Shown: positions 48,958 to 59,071, numbered from the stretch's first letter. The stretch: DNA of 64,000 nt from Halarcobacter sp. (GCA_963676565.1 OY781089.1:2432001-2496000), one strand, 5' to 3'. Notes: generated by a model from the letters alone, not told the origin. Program-made: numbers and translations.

Positions 48958-50368
48958 TAAATTCCTTGTTTAAAGCTTTTACTCCAATTGCAACGCCAGG
49001 CCATCCTTGACCTGCAAAAACTGAGTCTCCAATATTGTATAAACCTTTAAAGGGTGTTTTAGCACTAGGAGTTGAAAAAATATTTTTCATAGTAATAGCT
49101 CTACCTCCACAATTATATCTATTTACATACCTGTTAAAGGTAAGTGAAGTAGCACTAAATTTTTTTATTATATCCTCTTTTTTTATAGTATTAAGTTTCT
49201 GCAATAGTTTTTCTATAATAAACTCTTGGGTTTGCTCTTTTTTTAATTCATACTCATCTTTATCTAACTTTTTCCAAAAAGAAGCCTTTGTATGAGAAGA
49301 GATTGTAACTGAGAATCCCCTTTTTGACATCTTTTCATCATCTTTACTACTAATAGAGATAAAAAATGAATTTGAGATACAATTTGGTATCTGTTCATCA
49401 AGAATTATTAAATAATGGTGTAAAAGATCATAATTTTTTTCTAATACCAAATTTACTACAAAAGCACTTTGGTCATTGAACTCAAAACTATCATAATATT
49501 TTTTTATTCTTTCATCTTCAAAAAGTTTTCCACTATCATAAATAGTAGAGTTTAATACTACATTCTTTGATAAATATTCATCTTTATTTGAGATTAGTCT
49601 AAAATAGTCTTTTTCTAAAACTATTTTTATAATCTCCTCTTTTTTCTTAATTTCAATATCTTCAAGTAAACCATCAAATAAACTACCCATTCCACCATTT
49701 ACATAAAATACATCATGAAAAGGGTATGAAAGCCCTAAAGCTAAAGAAAGAAGTGATATATCCTTTGATGTTGTTTGTAAAGTAATCAAAAGTTGTGCAT
49801 CAATAAAATGTTGATACTCTAAACTTATATTTCCAAGGGTTTCTTTTATAAAACTATTTGCACTTTTAAATACTTCAATATTAAAACTTCTAAAAAGTTT
49901 AATTAGAGTATTTGCACTAAGTATATAAGATTTTAAAGAATATTTTCCATAATAAATATCATGGATTTGCCAAAACTTTTCATCAAGCTCTTTAATTTTG
50001 GCCCAAAAAGCTCTATTATTTTTATTTGGGAAAGCTTTATTAATTTGGTCTAAAAACTCTTCAAAATCTTTTACTCTATCAATTGTTTTTCCATTTTGAA
50101 AAACTCTAAAAGCTATATTGCTTTTTTTGATATCAGGATTATAATTTGCATAATCAAAAATCTCTTTTACAGGATGGTTTTCTTCAAAGCCTACAAAAGT
50201 AGTTGCCCCACTATTAAAAAAACTTCCATATCTTTTAAAAGTACTTGCACATCCTCCTAAGTTTGAATCCTTTTCAAATACCACTATATCTTTATCGCTA
50301 TTTAATGAGGCAAACATACTGCCTCCCATTCCAGAGCCAATTACACAGAGTTCATAATATCTACACAT
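48950..50368 (-). CDS. Phytoene desaturase (CrtI)-superfamily FAD oxidoreductase, CrtD/CrtH-like
   Basis: VIGSGMGG, GGCASTFKR.G..F..GAT, GGMG.L, GDSVFAGQG..GV. Start moved to ATG 50368, which overlaps the phr stop and follows AGAGG. Confidence 0.8.
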   Translation of the reverse strand: MCRYYELCVIGSGMGGSMFASLNSDKDIVVFEKDSNLGGCASTFKRYGSFFNSGATTFVGFEENHPVKEIFDYANYNPDIKKSNIAFRVFQNGKTIDRVKDFEEFLDQINKAFPNKNNRAFWAKIKELDEKFWQIHDIYYGKYSLKSYILSANTLIKLFRSFNIEVFKSANSFIKETLGNISLEYQHFIDAQLLITLQTTSKDISLLSLALGLSYPFHDVFYVNGGMGSLFDGLLEDIEIKKKEEIIKIVLEKDYFRLISNKDEYLSKNVVLNSTIYDSGKLFEDERIKKYYDSFEFNDQSAFVVNLVLEKNYDLLHHYLIILDEQIPNCISNSFFISISSKDDEKMSKRGFSVTISSHTKASFWKKLDKDEYELKKEQTQEFIIEKLLQKLNTIKKEDIIKKFSATSLTFNRYVNRYNCGGRAITMKNIFSTPSAKTPFKGLYNIGDSVFAGQGWPGVAIGVKALNKEFNG

Positions 50369-51692
50369 TTTTAGCCTCTTTAAATCTATCAATTGCCATT
50401 TTTCTTGATAAAGAGATATCAACAATAGATTTTGGGTAATCAACAAATAAATTTGACTGAACACCATTTTCAATATGAAAAAGTCTAGGAGATAAACTCT
50501 CAAACTCTTTTATAACTGATTTTATAAAAATACCCTCTTTATCAAACTTTTGTGATTGGGTATAGGGATTAAATACTCTAAAATATGGTGCAGCATCAGC
50601 ACCTGTACTTGCTCCCCATTGCCATGAGCCAACATTTGAAGAGCATTCATAATCAAGTAGTTTTAGGGCAAAATACTCTTCCCCTTTTTTCCAATTTATA
50701 AAAAGGTTTTTTGTTAAGAATGAACAAACTATCATTCTAAGACGATTATGCATTGTTCCTGTTTCATTTAGATGTCTCATAGCAGCATCTATAATTGGAA
50801 CTCCAGTATTTCCTTCACACCATTTTAAAAAATCATCTTCATTTTCATTCCATTTAATACTCATACCATTAAAGTTATCAAATTGTGAATGTGGGAAGTG
50901 ATATAAAATATAATTGTAAAATTCTCTCCAAAAAAGTTCTCTAATAAACCCTTCACTGTTATCAAATTTTCTATAATAATTAAACAGTTGTCTTGGACTA
51001 ACTATTCCAAATCTTAGATGAACCGATAGTTTTGAGGTACCATCTTTAAAAAAGTAGTCCCTACTTTCTTGATAATCTTCTAATTTCGAAGAAAAATCTT
51101 CCATAAGCCTACACACATTTTTATTTAAAAACTCAGGTAATTGTACTTCTTTAAAACCCATTTCATCTAAAGTAGGAAATTTTTCATAATCAAAATCAAT
51201 TTTTTTAAGAGTTTCATTAAATTTGTATGTTTCTATATTATTTGATTGAGTTAACATAGCCATTGATTTGTAATATGGAGTAAAAACCTTATAAGGAGTC
51301 CCATCATTTTTTAAATGTTCACTTGGATGAGTGATAAAAGAATCATAAAACCTTTTCATAGGTAGAAGTTCTTCTATCTGATTATCCCTATTTTTTGCAT
51401 AATCATCAAAATCGCATGAGCATAAGATCTCATCAAAACCATCTTTTAATTTCCCAATAACTTCCTTTGGTTCACCATAAAAAATAGCTAAGTCAAGACC
51501 TTTTTGTTTTAATTGTTCTTTAAGACTTAGAACACTTTTATAAATAAAAGTAACTCTTTTATCATCTTTAGGGAGAGATTCTAAAATATTCTTATCAAAA
51601 ATAAAAATAGGCAATACTTCATCTTTTGCATATGAAAGTATTGCATTATCTTCTATTCTAAGATCTCTTCTAAACCAAAGGATTTGTCTCAT
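50361..51692 (-). CDS. phr: CPD (class I-like) DNA photolyase
   Basis: WFRRDLRIEDN, TSKLSVHLRFG, REL.WREFY, MHNRLRM, LLDY...SN.G.WQW. Confidence 0.92.
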   Translation of the reverse strand: MRQILWFRRDLRIEDNAILSYAKDEVLPIFIFDKNILESLPKDDKRVTFIYKSVLSLKEQLKQKGLDLAIFYGEPKEVIGKLKDGFDEILCSCDFDDYAKNRDNQIEELLPMKRFYDSFITHPSEHLKNDGTPYKVFTPYYKSMAMLTQSNNIETYKFNETLKKIDFDYEKFPTLDEMGFKEVQLPEFLNKNVCRLMEDFSSKLEDYQESRDYFFKDGTSKLSVHLRFGIVSPRQLFNYYRKFDNSEGFIRELFWREFYNYILYHFPHSQFDNFNGMSIKWNENEDDFLKWCEGNTGVPIIDAAMRHLNETGTMHNRLRMIVCSFLTKNLFINWKKGEEYFALKLLDYECSSNVGSWQWGASTGADAAPYFRVFNPYTQSQKFDKEGIFIKSVIKEFESLSPRLFHIENGVQSNLFVDYPKSIVDISLSRKMAIDRFKEAKNV

Positions 51693-52642
51693 TATTTAAA
51701 AGCCTCCACTTTAGATCTAAGTGCCATTTCCTTAGGATATGGAGTTAAGAACTTTTGATTATCAAGATATTCAATATTAAATCTTTTTACATAAATTTTT
51801 ATGATTTTAATAACTGCTACTAAAGGGATGATATGTTCTTTAAACTCATCTAAAGCAGCTAATATCTCATGTTTTTCCTCTTTTGTAATATATTTTTTAA
51901 AATATCCAAAAATATGCATTAAGACATTATAAGTGCTTGAAGTTCTACCCTTCAAGGCTATAGCTTCTAAAAACTTTTGTTTGTATAAAGATAATACCTC
52001 TTCAATATCTTTCTTCTCATGATTTGCAACAATTTGACCTAACTCTTTATATGACTTCTGAGATTTTGAATAAATAAGGTATTTATATGAAGTATGAAAA
52101 TCAACTAATTGACCAAATGATGGTTGTGTTTTCATAAACTCAAAAACATCTTTATAGGCAAATACTTGCATTAGAAAGTTTTCTTTTAACCATGGATCAG
52201 TTAATCTTCCTTCTTCTTCTATTGGAAGTAAGGGAAATTTTTCCATAAGCTCTTTGGCAAAAACTCCCACACCAACATTTTCACTTTGACCTTCGCCATC
52301 TGGATAAATTTTCACTCTAGCCATTCCACAAGTTGGAGATTTTGATTTTAAGATATAACCACAAAGTTCATCTTCACTAATAGTATCAACTAATCTTTTA
52401 GAGACACCAACAATATCTTTTGTAACATCTTGTTTAGTGTTTGTTGTTCTTATTATAAGTTCACCATTTATTCTTACTTGTCTAATAGCTTCTCTAGGAG
52501 TTGGATAGATTTCACCTTCTGGGCAAAAAGATCTAAATTCAAAATGTTTTGACAATTCGTCATAAACAAATTTATCCTTAGAATGTTGACCATCATATCG
52601 ACACTGTATTCCAAGTAAACATGTAGAAATACCAATTTTCAT
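51692..52642 (-). CDS. DUF523-DUF1722 (YbgA) fusion, thiouridine desulfidase-like
   Basis: GIS.CLLG...RYDG, CPE, KSKSPTCG, EEEGRL (DUF523); FH..YK, NVLMHIFGYFK, YL.NQ....P (DUF1722). Confidence 0.9.
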   Translation of the reverse strand: MKIGISTCLLGIQCRYDGQHSKDKFVYDELSKHFEFRSFCPEGEIYPTPREAIRQVRINGELIIRTTNTKQDVTKDIVGVSKRLVDTISEDELCGYILKSKSPTCGMARVKIYPDGEGQSENVGVGVFAKELMEKFPLLPIEEEGRLTDPWLKENFLMQVFAYKDVFEFMKTQPSFGQLVDFHTSYKYLIYSKSQKSYKELGQIVANHEKKDIEEVLSLYKQKFLEAIALKGRTSSTYNVLMHIFGYFKKYITKEEKHEILAALDEFKEHIIPLVAVIKIIKIYVKRFNIEYLDNQKFLTPYPKEMALRSKVEAFK

Positions 52643-52663
52643 CTTTAACCCTTTTTTTGTTTT

Positions 52664-52711
52664 ATTGTAACAAAATGAGGTATTTTTGGTATATTTTGTA
52701 TGTCAGTTTAT
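52664..52711 (-). promoter_or_regulatory. Cluster promoter motif, site F (DUF523-phr-crt-lytS-lytR operon)
   Basis: Minus strand ATAAACTGACA-N7-TATACC-N18-TACAAT, with extended -10 TG. Confidence 0.72.
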
Positions 52712-52714
52712 CAA

Positions 52715-53638
52715 TTATGACATAAATAGGAATATTGCAAAAGGGATATAGAATAAAGAGATTAAGATAGAGATAAATACAGTCAAGGACATCATTTCAG
52801 GTTTTAAATTTAAAAGCGTTGCAATAGTAACTGTGTTTCCCGCTAAAGGAACAATTGAATATAAAAACATCACTTTATAAAAACCTTCATCTAAAAGTAA
52901 TAAAAAGTTTCTATCAATATATATAAATAATAAAACAATTCCTGGCCAAAGTAAAAATTTTAAAGAAAGAGCATATGAGATAAACTTAACATCAAAAGCT
53001 TTTGCACTTTTTAGCTTTTCCATCCCCATACCTAAAAACATCATCCCTAAAATTGCATAACAACCTTTTAGATAGATTATATAATTTAAAAACATCTCAG
53101 GCATTTTTATACCTAAAAGATTAAAGGCAAAACCTAAGATAAATGCGTATAAAACAGGAAGCTGAAGAACTTTCTTTAAACTTTGTCTAGCTGTAAAGCT
53201 TCCCTTTGCCGTTATAAAATACCCAACAGAATTTTGATAAAGCATAGTTCCTAAAACTGTAAAGATAAAAACATCCACAAGATGAGGATCAAATAATATA
53301 ATAGCTATTGGAATACCAATATGCCCTGTATTTCCAGTAGAGCTTGCAAAGGCAAGAAGATTTGAAGTATTATCTTTCCATACTTTTTTAAATAAAAAAA
53401 GTAAAATAAAAGCCATAATAGAACTAGCCAAAAAGAAAAAAACTGGTAAAAAGACAACTGAACTATCAAGTTTTACACTCATTGTTGCATTAAATGCAAT
53501 TAATGGAGCCAAGATATAAAATAAAATCTTGGCAATAGTTTCTTTACTACATCCTAGAAATCTAGTGCTTATAAACCCTAAAATAACTGAAAAGTAAAGG
53601 GGTACAATTTTAGAAAGAAGTGCGAAAAAAACTGTCAT
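52715..53638 (-). CDS. AEC (auxin efflux carrier) family transporter
   Basis: About 10 TM, GNTG.IGIP, P.A.NT motif. Confidence 0.85.
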   Translation of the reverse strand: MTVFFALLSKIVPLYFSVILGFISTRFLGCSKETIAKILFYILAPLIAFNATMSVKLDSSVVFLPVFFFLASSIMAFILLFLFKKVWKDNTSNLLAFASSTGNTGHIGIPIAIILFDPHLVDVFIFTVLGTMLYQNSVGYFITAKGSFTARQSLKKVLQLPVLYAFILGFAFNLLGIKMPEMFLNYIIYLKGCYAILGMMFLGMGMEKLKSAKAFDVKFISYALSLKFLLWPGIVLLFIYIDRNFLLLLDEGFYKVMFLYSIVPLAGNTVTIATLLNLKPEMMSLTVFISILISLFYIPFAIFLFMS

Positions 53639-53639
53639 A

Positions 53640-53990
53640 TTAATCTATTAAAGTTATTTCATCCTCTTTTGTAGTAATCATACATAAAAACTCATATGGT
53701 TTATCAAAACAAGCTTCATAGTAGTGAGGAACTCCAGCTGGGATATATAAAAAGTCACCCTCTTTTGCATGAATTATCTCATCACCTATTTTTACTTTTG
53801 CCTCACCATTTAATACATATTGTTGATGTTGTATTAAATTTGTATGGTTTGGCATAGTACCACCAACTTCCAAAGAGACTTTTCTTACAATAAAGTCTTT
53901 ATCAATACTTGGAGTTAAAACTGCAATATTTGCACCATTTGTTTTTGGAATTTCATTTGTTTCATAATCTTTAATATTTTTACAATACAT
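53640..53990 (-). CDS. Cupin domain protein
   Basis: MP.H....H.QYVL.G, GD..YIPAG.PH. Confidence 0.88.
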   Translation of the reverse strand: MYCKNIKDYETNEIPKTNGANIAVLTPSIDKDFIVRKVSLEVGGTMPNHTNLIQHQQYVLNGEAKVKIGDEIIHAKEGDFLYIPAGVPHYYEACFDKPYEFLCMITTKEDEITLID

Positions 53991-54080
53991 GTATAGCCTT
54001 TATTATATTCTTACTAAAAAAGTTTAATTAATAGTAGAATATTATAGACAAAATCTCCTTTATTTTAGAATCTTTCTTGG

Positions 54081-54111
54081 ACACTTTTACCCCACTTCGC
54101 TTAGTTAGAAT
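54081..54111 (+). promoter_or_regulatory. 11-bp direct repeat plus -10 box upstream of symporter
   Basis: ACACTT-N5-CCACTT-N8-TAGAAT; same geometry as upstream of aspA. Confidence 0.55.
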
Positions 54112-54134
54112 TTATTTTTGAAAAGGAGAAAATT

Positions 54135-55589
54135 ATGTTAGCAGAAATCAACAGTTTCTTAAATGACCTTATATGGGGAAATATTTTAATATATTTATTA
54201 CCCTTATTAGGTATATTTTTTACAGTAAGTTCTAGGTTTGTTCAGTTTAGATATTTCTTTAAAATGTTTAGCATTTTAAGACATACAGAACATGATAAAC
54301 ATGGACATATTAGTTCATTTCAAGCACTAATGCTTAGTGTTGCAGGACGTGTTGGTGGTGGAAACATCGCAGGTGTTGCTGTTGCAATTACAATTGGTGG
54401 TCCAGGAGCAGTTTTCTGGATGTGGATTATTGGACTAATTGGTATGAGTACAAGTTTCTTTGAGTGTTCACTTGCACAATTATATAAAGAAAAAGATGCT
54501 CAAGACTCTTGTGTTTATAGAGGTGGACCAGCTTATTATGCAACTAAAGCTTTAGGTCAAAAATGGGTTGGTGTTATTATCTCAATTTTAATTATGATTA
54601 CTTTTGGTTTTGCTTTTAATGCAACACAATCATTTATCATAACTACATCATTTGAGTCTTCATTTAATATTCCAACATGGATTACAGGTATTTCTTTAAC
54701 TTTAATTTTTGCATTAGCAATTTTTGGAGGAATTAAAAGAATCACTAAGTTTTCTGAGTTTATTGTTCCAATTATGGCAGTTGGTTATTTACTAATTGCA
54801 CTTATTGTTATCTCATTAAATTTAAGTGAAATTCCATCTTTAATCTCAATGATTGTACATGAAGCATTTAATCCAAGTTCTGCAATTGGTGGTGGTATTG
54901 GTGCTGTTATTTTACAAGGTGCTAAAAGAGGAATGTTCTCAAATGAAGCTGGATTAGGTTCTGCTCCAAATGTTGCAGCAGTTGCTTATGTAGCCCATCC
55001 AGTTCAACAAGGTATTGTTCAATCATTCTCTGTATTTATTGATACAATTATTCTTTGTTCTTGTACTGCATTTATAATTCTTTTATCTGGTGTTTATCAA
55101 CCAGGAGTTGAAGGTGTTCAAGGAGTATTATTAACTCAAAATGCTTTAATTGAACATATTGGTCCTTATGGAGGATATTTTGTAACAATCGCACTATTCC
55201 TATTTGGTTTTTCATCTATGTTATATAACTACTACCTAGCTGAGAACTCTGTAAACTTCTTTATAAAAGGTAATGTTACTGCATTTAATATCTTTAGAAT
55301 TATTGTAGTTGCACTTATTATTTGGGGTTCATTCCAAGATTTAGGTTCAGTATTTTCATTTGCAGACCTTTCTATGGGACTTTTAGCAGTAATTAACTTA
55401 ATTGTAATTGCCCTACTTTATAAACCAGTTTTACAATTAATCAAAGGTTATGACAGACAACTTAAAGAGGGTAAAAAACCTGTTTTAAGATATAACGATT
55501 ATACTGATTTTAATATTGACAAAAAAATCTGGAAAGAGATTGTTGATACTATTCAAAACAATAGAGCAAAAGGTGAAAAAGACCTTTAA
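54135..55589 (+). CDS. Alanine/glycine:cation symporter (AGCS) family amino-acid transporter
   Basis: GRVG.GNIAGVA.AI..GGPGAVFWMW, RG.FSNEAGLGSAP. Confidence 0.93.
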   Translation: MLAEINSFLNDLIWGNILIYLLPLLGIFFTVSSRFVQFRYFFKMFSILRHTEHDKHGHISSFQALMLSVAGRVGGGNIAGVAVAITIGGPGAVFWMWIIGLIGMSTSFFECSLAQLYKEKDAQDSCVYRGGPAYYATKALGQKWVGVIISILIMITFGFAFNATQSFIITTSFESSFNIPTWITGISLTLIFALAIFGGIKRITKFSEFIVPIMAVGYLLIALIVISLNLSEIPSLISMIVHEAFNPSSAIGGGIGAVILQGAKRGMFSNEAGLGSAPNVAAVAYVAHPVQQGIVQSFSVFIDTIILCSCTAFIILLSGVYQPGVEGVQGVLLTQNALIEHIGPYGGYFVTIALFLFGFSSMLYNYYLAENSVNFFIKGNVTAFNIFRIIVVALIIWGSFQDLGSVFSFADLSMGLLAVINLIVIALLYKPVLQLIKGYDRQLKEGKKPVLRYNDYTDFNIDKKIWKEIVDTIQNNRAKGEKDL

Positions 55590-55618
55590 TATTTAGTAGA
55601 CTAAAGTCTACTAAATAT
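55589..55618 (+). terminator. Hairpin after symporter (possible terminator)
   Basis: ATATTTAGTAGACT-AA-AGTCTACTAAATAT; no clear U-tract. Confidence 0.5.
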
Positions 55619-55665
55619 CAAAACTTTTAAGTAAAAATAAGACATTATATAAGCTGGAAAAGAAA

Positions 55666-56811
55666 ATGACACAAAGGTTTTTTATGTTCAATAAAGAAGG
55701 TATCCCTTTTTTTATTATTACTATTCCTTTTTTAAGTATATTGTTTATCTCTTTTTTTACTCTTTCCTATTATTTGAAACTCTCAAATGAAAATTTTGAG
55801 AAAGATATAAATGAGTACAAAAAACTATATGCTTTAGAAAGTAATATTTCAAAAAAACAAATTGAGGAAAAAATATCTTTAAAAATAGAAGAACATAAAA
55901 AAATAGAAGAAAAATTCAAAAGATTTATTGTTCTTACCACTGTTTCTATTTTAATTTTCATGGCTTTATTTTCACTTTTAATGACTTCAATAATTAATGA
56001 TTTAATAAAAAAATACAAAATGCAAGTTCAATTTAAAGAGAGTAAACTCCAAAGATTAAATAAAAATCTAGCTTCTAAAGTAGAAAAAGGAATAGAAGAA
56101 GGGAAAAGAAAAGATAAAGCAATTTTACAACAATCAAAGTTAGCTAGAATGGGATCTATGCTTAGTATGATAGCCCACCAGTGGAGACAACCTCTAACTG
56201 AACTTTCTGGAATTTTGATGGAACTTGAAACTGCAACTAGATTTAAAAAAGTTAATGAAAGCCATATTTTAAAATCAATCGAAAGAAGTGATACTATGAT
56301 TGAATTTATGTCAAATACTATTGATGATTTTAGAAATTTTTATAAACCAGATAAGATTAAAGAGGATTTTTATTTAGTGGAATCATGTAAAAAAGCTTTA
56401 AGTTTAATTAGTGCAACATTAAGTGAAAATCAAATAAAACTTGAATTTGATGTAAGACAAGATAGTAAAATTCATGGATATCCCACTGAGTTTTCCCAAG
56501 TGATTCTCAATCTTTTAACAAATGCAACAGATATTTTAATTGAAAAAAAGATTCAAAATCCAAAAATAAAAATTAGAATTGAAAGAATAGGAAATAGTTC
56601 CATAATAATTGTTAGTGATAACGCAGGTGGAATAAAAGAAAAAAACTTTGAAATGATTTTTGACCCATATTTTTCAACAAAAGAATCATCAAAAGGTACT
56701 GGCTTAGGATTATATATCTCAAAGCTTATAATTGAAAAAAATATGGGTGGAGAATTAAGTGTTAAAAACGACCATGAAGGTGCAGTTTTTAAAATAGCAT
56801 TAATAGGATAA
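55666..56811 (+). CDS. Sensor histidine kinase
   Basis: 2 TM with short periplasmic loop, IAHQWRQPL, DNAGG, GTGLGL. Confidence 0.88.
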   Translation: MTQRFFMFNKEGIPFFIITIPFLSILFISFFTLSYYLKLSNENFEKDINEYKKLYALESNISKKQIEEKISLKIEEHKKIEEKFKRFIVLTTVSILIFMALFSLLMTSIINDLIKKYKMQVQFKESKLQRLNKNLASKVEKGIEEGKRKDKAILQQSKLARMGSMLSMIAHQWRQPLTELSGILMELETATRFKKVNESHILKSIERSDTMIEFMSNTIDDFRNFYKPDKIKEDFYLVESCKKALSLISATLSENQIKLEFDVRQDSKIHGYPTEFSQVILNLLTNATDILIEKKIQNPKIKIRIERIGNSSIIIVSDNAGGIKEKNFEMIFDPYFSTKESSKGTGLGLYISKLIIEKNMGGELSVKNDHEGAVFKIALIG

Positions 56812-56820
56812 TTAATAAAA

Positions 56821-57501
56821 ATGGACGAAATATTATTAGAAGATTTAAAAAACATACCAATTTTGTGTGTAGAAGATGAAGATGGAATAAGAAAAACTAT
56901 TGTAGATACTTTAAAATACTACTTTGATGAAGTTTATGAAGCAAGTGATGGAAATGAGGCCTTTGAAATATATTTAGAATATAAACCAAAAATCATTTTA
57001 AGTGATATTCAAATGAAAAACTGTGATGGTATAGAGTTTGTTAAAAAAATTAGAGAAAATGATATGTCAACAACTATCATTATGTTAACAGCTTATTCAA
57101 ATGAAGAGTATTTAGTGGATTTAATAAATCTAAATATAAACCATTTTATTTTAAAGCCTTTAAATCTAAAAAAACTAAATACGGCTCTTCTTAAATATTT
57201 GAAAAAATCCCATAAACCAATTATGTTATGTGAGAATTTAGCTTTAGATTTAAATAAAAGAGAACTACTTTATAAAGATGAAGAGCCAATTGTTTTAAGA
57301 AAAAGAGAAAAAGAGTTTCTGGAACTTTTATATCAAAGAAATGGTTCTATTTTATCATATACAGATATAGAAGAGGAGCTTTGGACAGATAAAGAGATGA
57401 CAACCCATGCTCTAAAATCTTTTATAAAAGAATTAAGGGCAAAACTTCCAATAAATATCATAAAAAATATACCTCAAGAGGGTTATGCTTTAAATATATA
57501 A
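56821..57501 (+). CDS. OmpR-family response regulator
   Basis: VEDE, SDIQM...DG, TA, KP; winged-helix C-terminus (IEEELW...LR.KL....I.N....GY). Confidence 0.9.
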   Translation: MDEILLEDLKNIPILCVEDEDGIRKTIVDTLKYYFDEVYEASDGNEAFEIYLEYKPKIILSDIQMKNCDGIEFVKKIRENDMSTTIIMLTAYSNEEYLVDLINLNINHFILKPLNLKKLNTALLKYLKKSHKPIMLCENLALDLNKRELLYKDEEPIVLRKREKEFLELLYQRNGSILSYTDIEEELWTDKEMTTHALKSFIKELRAKLPINIIKNIPQEGYALNI

Positions 57502-57616
57502 ATTAATGATAAAAATATTATTATTCAAAAAAATGAAGATTTAAAGTAGTTTTTTTATTTATTTTATTTTTCAATTTATTAGGCTATTATTTAACTAAAT
57601 AACTAGGAAAGTAATT

Positions 57617-59071
57617 ATGAAAAATATAAATATTTATTTAATTATTTTATTTACTTTATTTTTTTCTGCCTGTGATAGTAAACAATCATCTCCAAAATCT
57701 AATACAATTACTGTAATAACTCCAAACTTTGATAAGGCAATTACTGGTCCAATAAAAAAAGAGATATCTGCCTTTGAGAAAAAAACTAATTCAAAAGTTA
57801 TAATTATATCTCCTAGCTGGGATGATATGGTTGATAAAATAGAAGAATCATTAACTGATGATAGAATAAATTATGATGTTTTTGTTGTATTTTCATCTTG
57901 GGGAGGTTCTCTTTTATCAAAAGATTATGCTGCACAAATACCTAAAGAAGTACAAGACTTAATTGAGTGGAATGATATTCTCCCAATTTATAAAAACAAT
58001 GTACTTTCTTGGAATAATAAATATTACTTCTTACCCTATGATGGAGATTGTATAAATTTATATTATCGAAAAGATATTTTGAATAACAAAGTCTATAAAG
58101 AAGATTTTTATAAAGAGTTTGGATATGAACTAAATGTACCTAAGACGTGGAAAGAGTATGAAGATATAGCTAAATTTTTTAATGGCTGGGATTGGGATAA
58201 CGATGGAAAAATCGAATATGGTTTTGCTGAGAGTAGAATAAAAGGATATGGGACAATATTTGGTTTTTTTACACGAGCTGCATCTTATGCTAAACATCCA
58301 GAAGATAAAGCATTTTATTTTGACAAAGGAATGAATGCAAAAATAAATAGTGATGCCTTTGTTAAAGCTTTAGAAGAATATATAAATAGTGCAAATTATG
58401 CTCCGCATAATCTAATAAATTATTCCCCTGTAGAGGTTAGACAAAGTTTTATTGGTGGAGAAGTTCTTATGGCTATAGATTGGGCTAATACAGGTGCAAT
58501 GTCTCAAAATGCAAAAGAATCTATTATCAAAGATAAAGTTGGTTTTGCCAAACTTCCAGGAGCTAATAAAGTTTATAACTTTAAAAACAAGAAATGGGAA
58601 AAAAAGTATAATGCACCATCTTCAATTAGCGGGAATTGGGTTTTAATAGTAAATAAAAATTCTAAAGATAAAGATTTGGCTTTTAAATTTGCATCTCATA
58701 TAAGTTCAAAGGAAATAACAGGAAAATATGTTCCAATTGGTTGGAGTGGAATAAATCCATCTAGATATTCCCACTTAAAAAATGATAATCTAATTACTTG
58801 GGAAAAAAATGGTTTCTCAAAGAGTTCAGCAAAGGAGTATCTAAATACAATATCAGAAGCACTTTACAATGAGAATGTTCTAGTTGATTTAAGAATTCCA
58901 GGAGCCCACTTGTATTATGATAGTTTTAATGAGTATTTAAATAAAGCTATAAAAAAAGAATTAGGTGTAAAAGAAGCTTTAGATTTAGCTGCAAAAGAAT
59001 GGAATGAAATTACTCAAAAATTAGGGAAAGAGGAGCAACTAAGATTTTATAAGGAATCAATAAATGAGTGA
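57617..59071 (+). CDS. Extracellular solute-binding lipoprotein (family 1, sugar-binding-like)
   Basis: Lipobox FSAC, LPYDGD...LYYRKD, P.TW.E, DWDNDG, A.EW..IT. Confidence 0.85.
   Translation: MKNINIYLIILFTLFFSACDSKQSSPKSNTITVITPNFDKAITGPIKKEISAFEKKTNSKVIIISPSWDDMVDKIEESLTDDRINYDVFVVFSSWGGSLLSKDYAAQIPKEVQDLIEWNDILPIYKNNVLSWNNKYYFLPYDGDCINLYYRKDILNNKVYKEDFYKEFGYELNVPKTWKEYEDIAKFFNGWDWDNDGKIEYGFAESRIKGYGTIFGFFTRAASYAKHPEDKAFYFDKGMNAKINSDAFVKALEEYINSANYAPHNLINYSPVEVRQSFIGGEVLMAIDWANTGAMSQNAKESIIKDKVGFAKLPGANKVYNFKNKKWEKKYNAPSSISGNWVLIVNKNSKDKDLAFKFASHISSKEITGKYVPIGWSGINPSRYSHLKNDNLITWEKNGFSKSSAKEYLNTISEALYNENVLVDLRIPGAHLYYDSFNEYLNKAIKKELGVKEALDLAAKEWNEITQKLGKEEQLRFYKESINE

Noticed and set aside
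50369..50503. Long N-terminal extensions in the ORF track (also 8021-8047, 28515-28547, 43455-43484)
   Set aside because: They overlap neighbouring genes or promoters. Downstream starts with an RBS or translational coupling are better supported.
26058..52711. The light-stress cluster as a mobile genomic island
   Set aside because: No integrase, transposase, tRNA or flanking direct repeats seen, and composition looks like the rest of the window.
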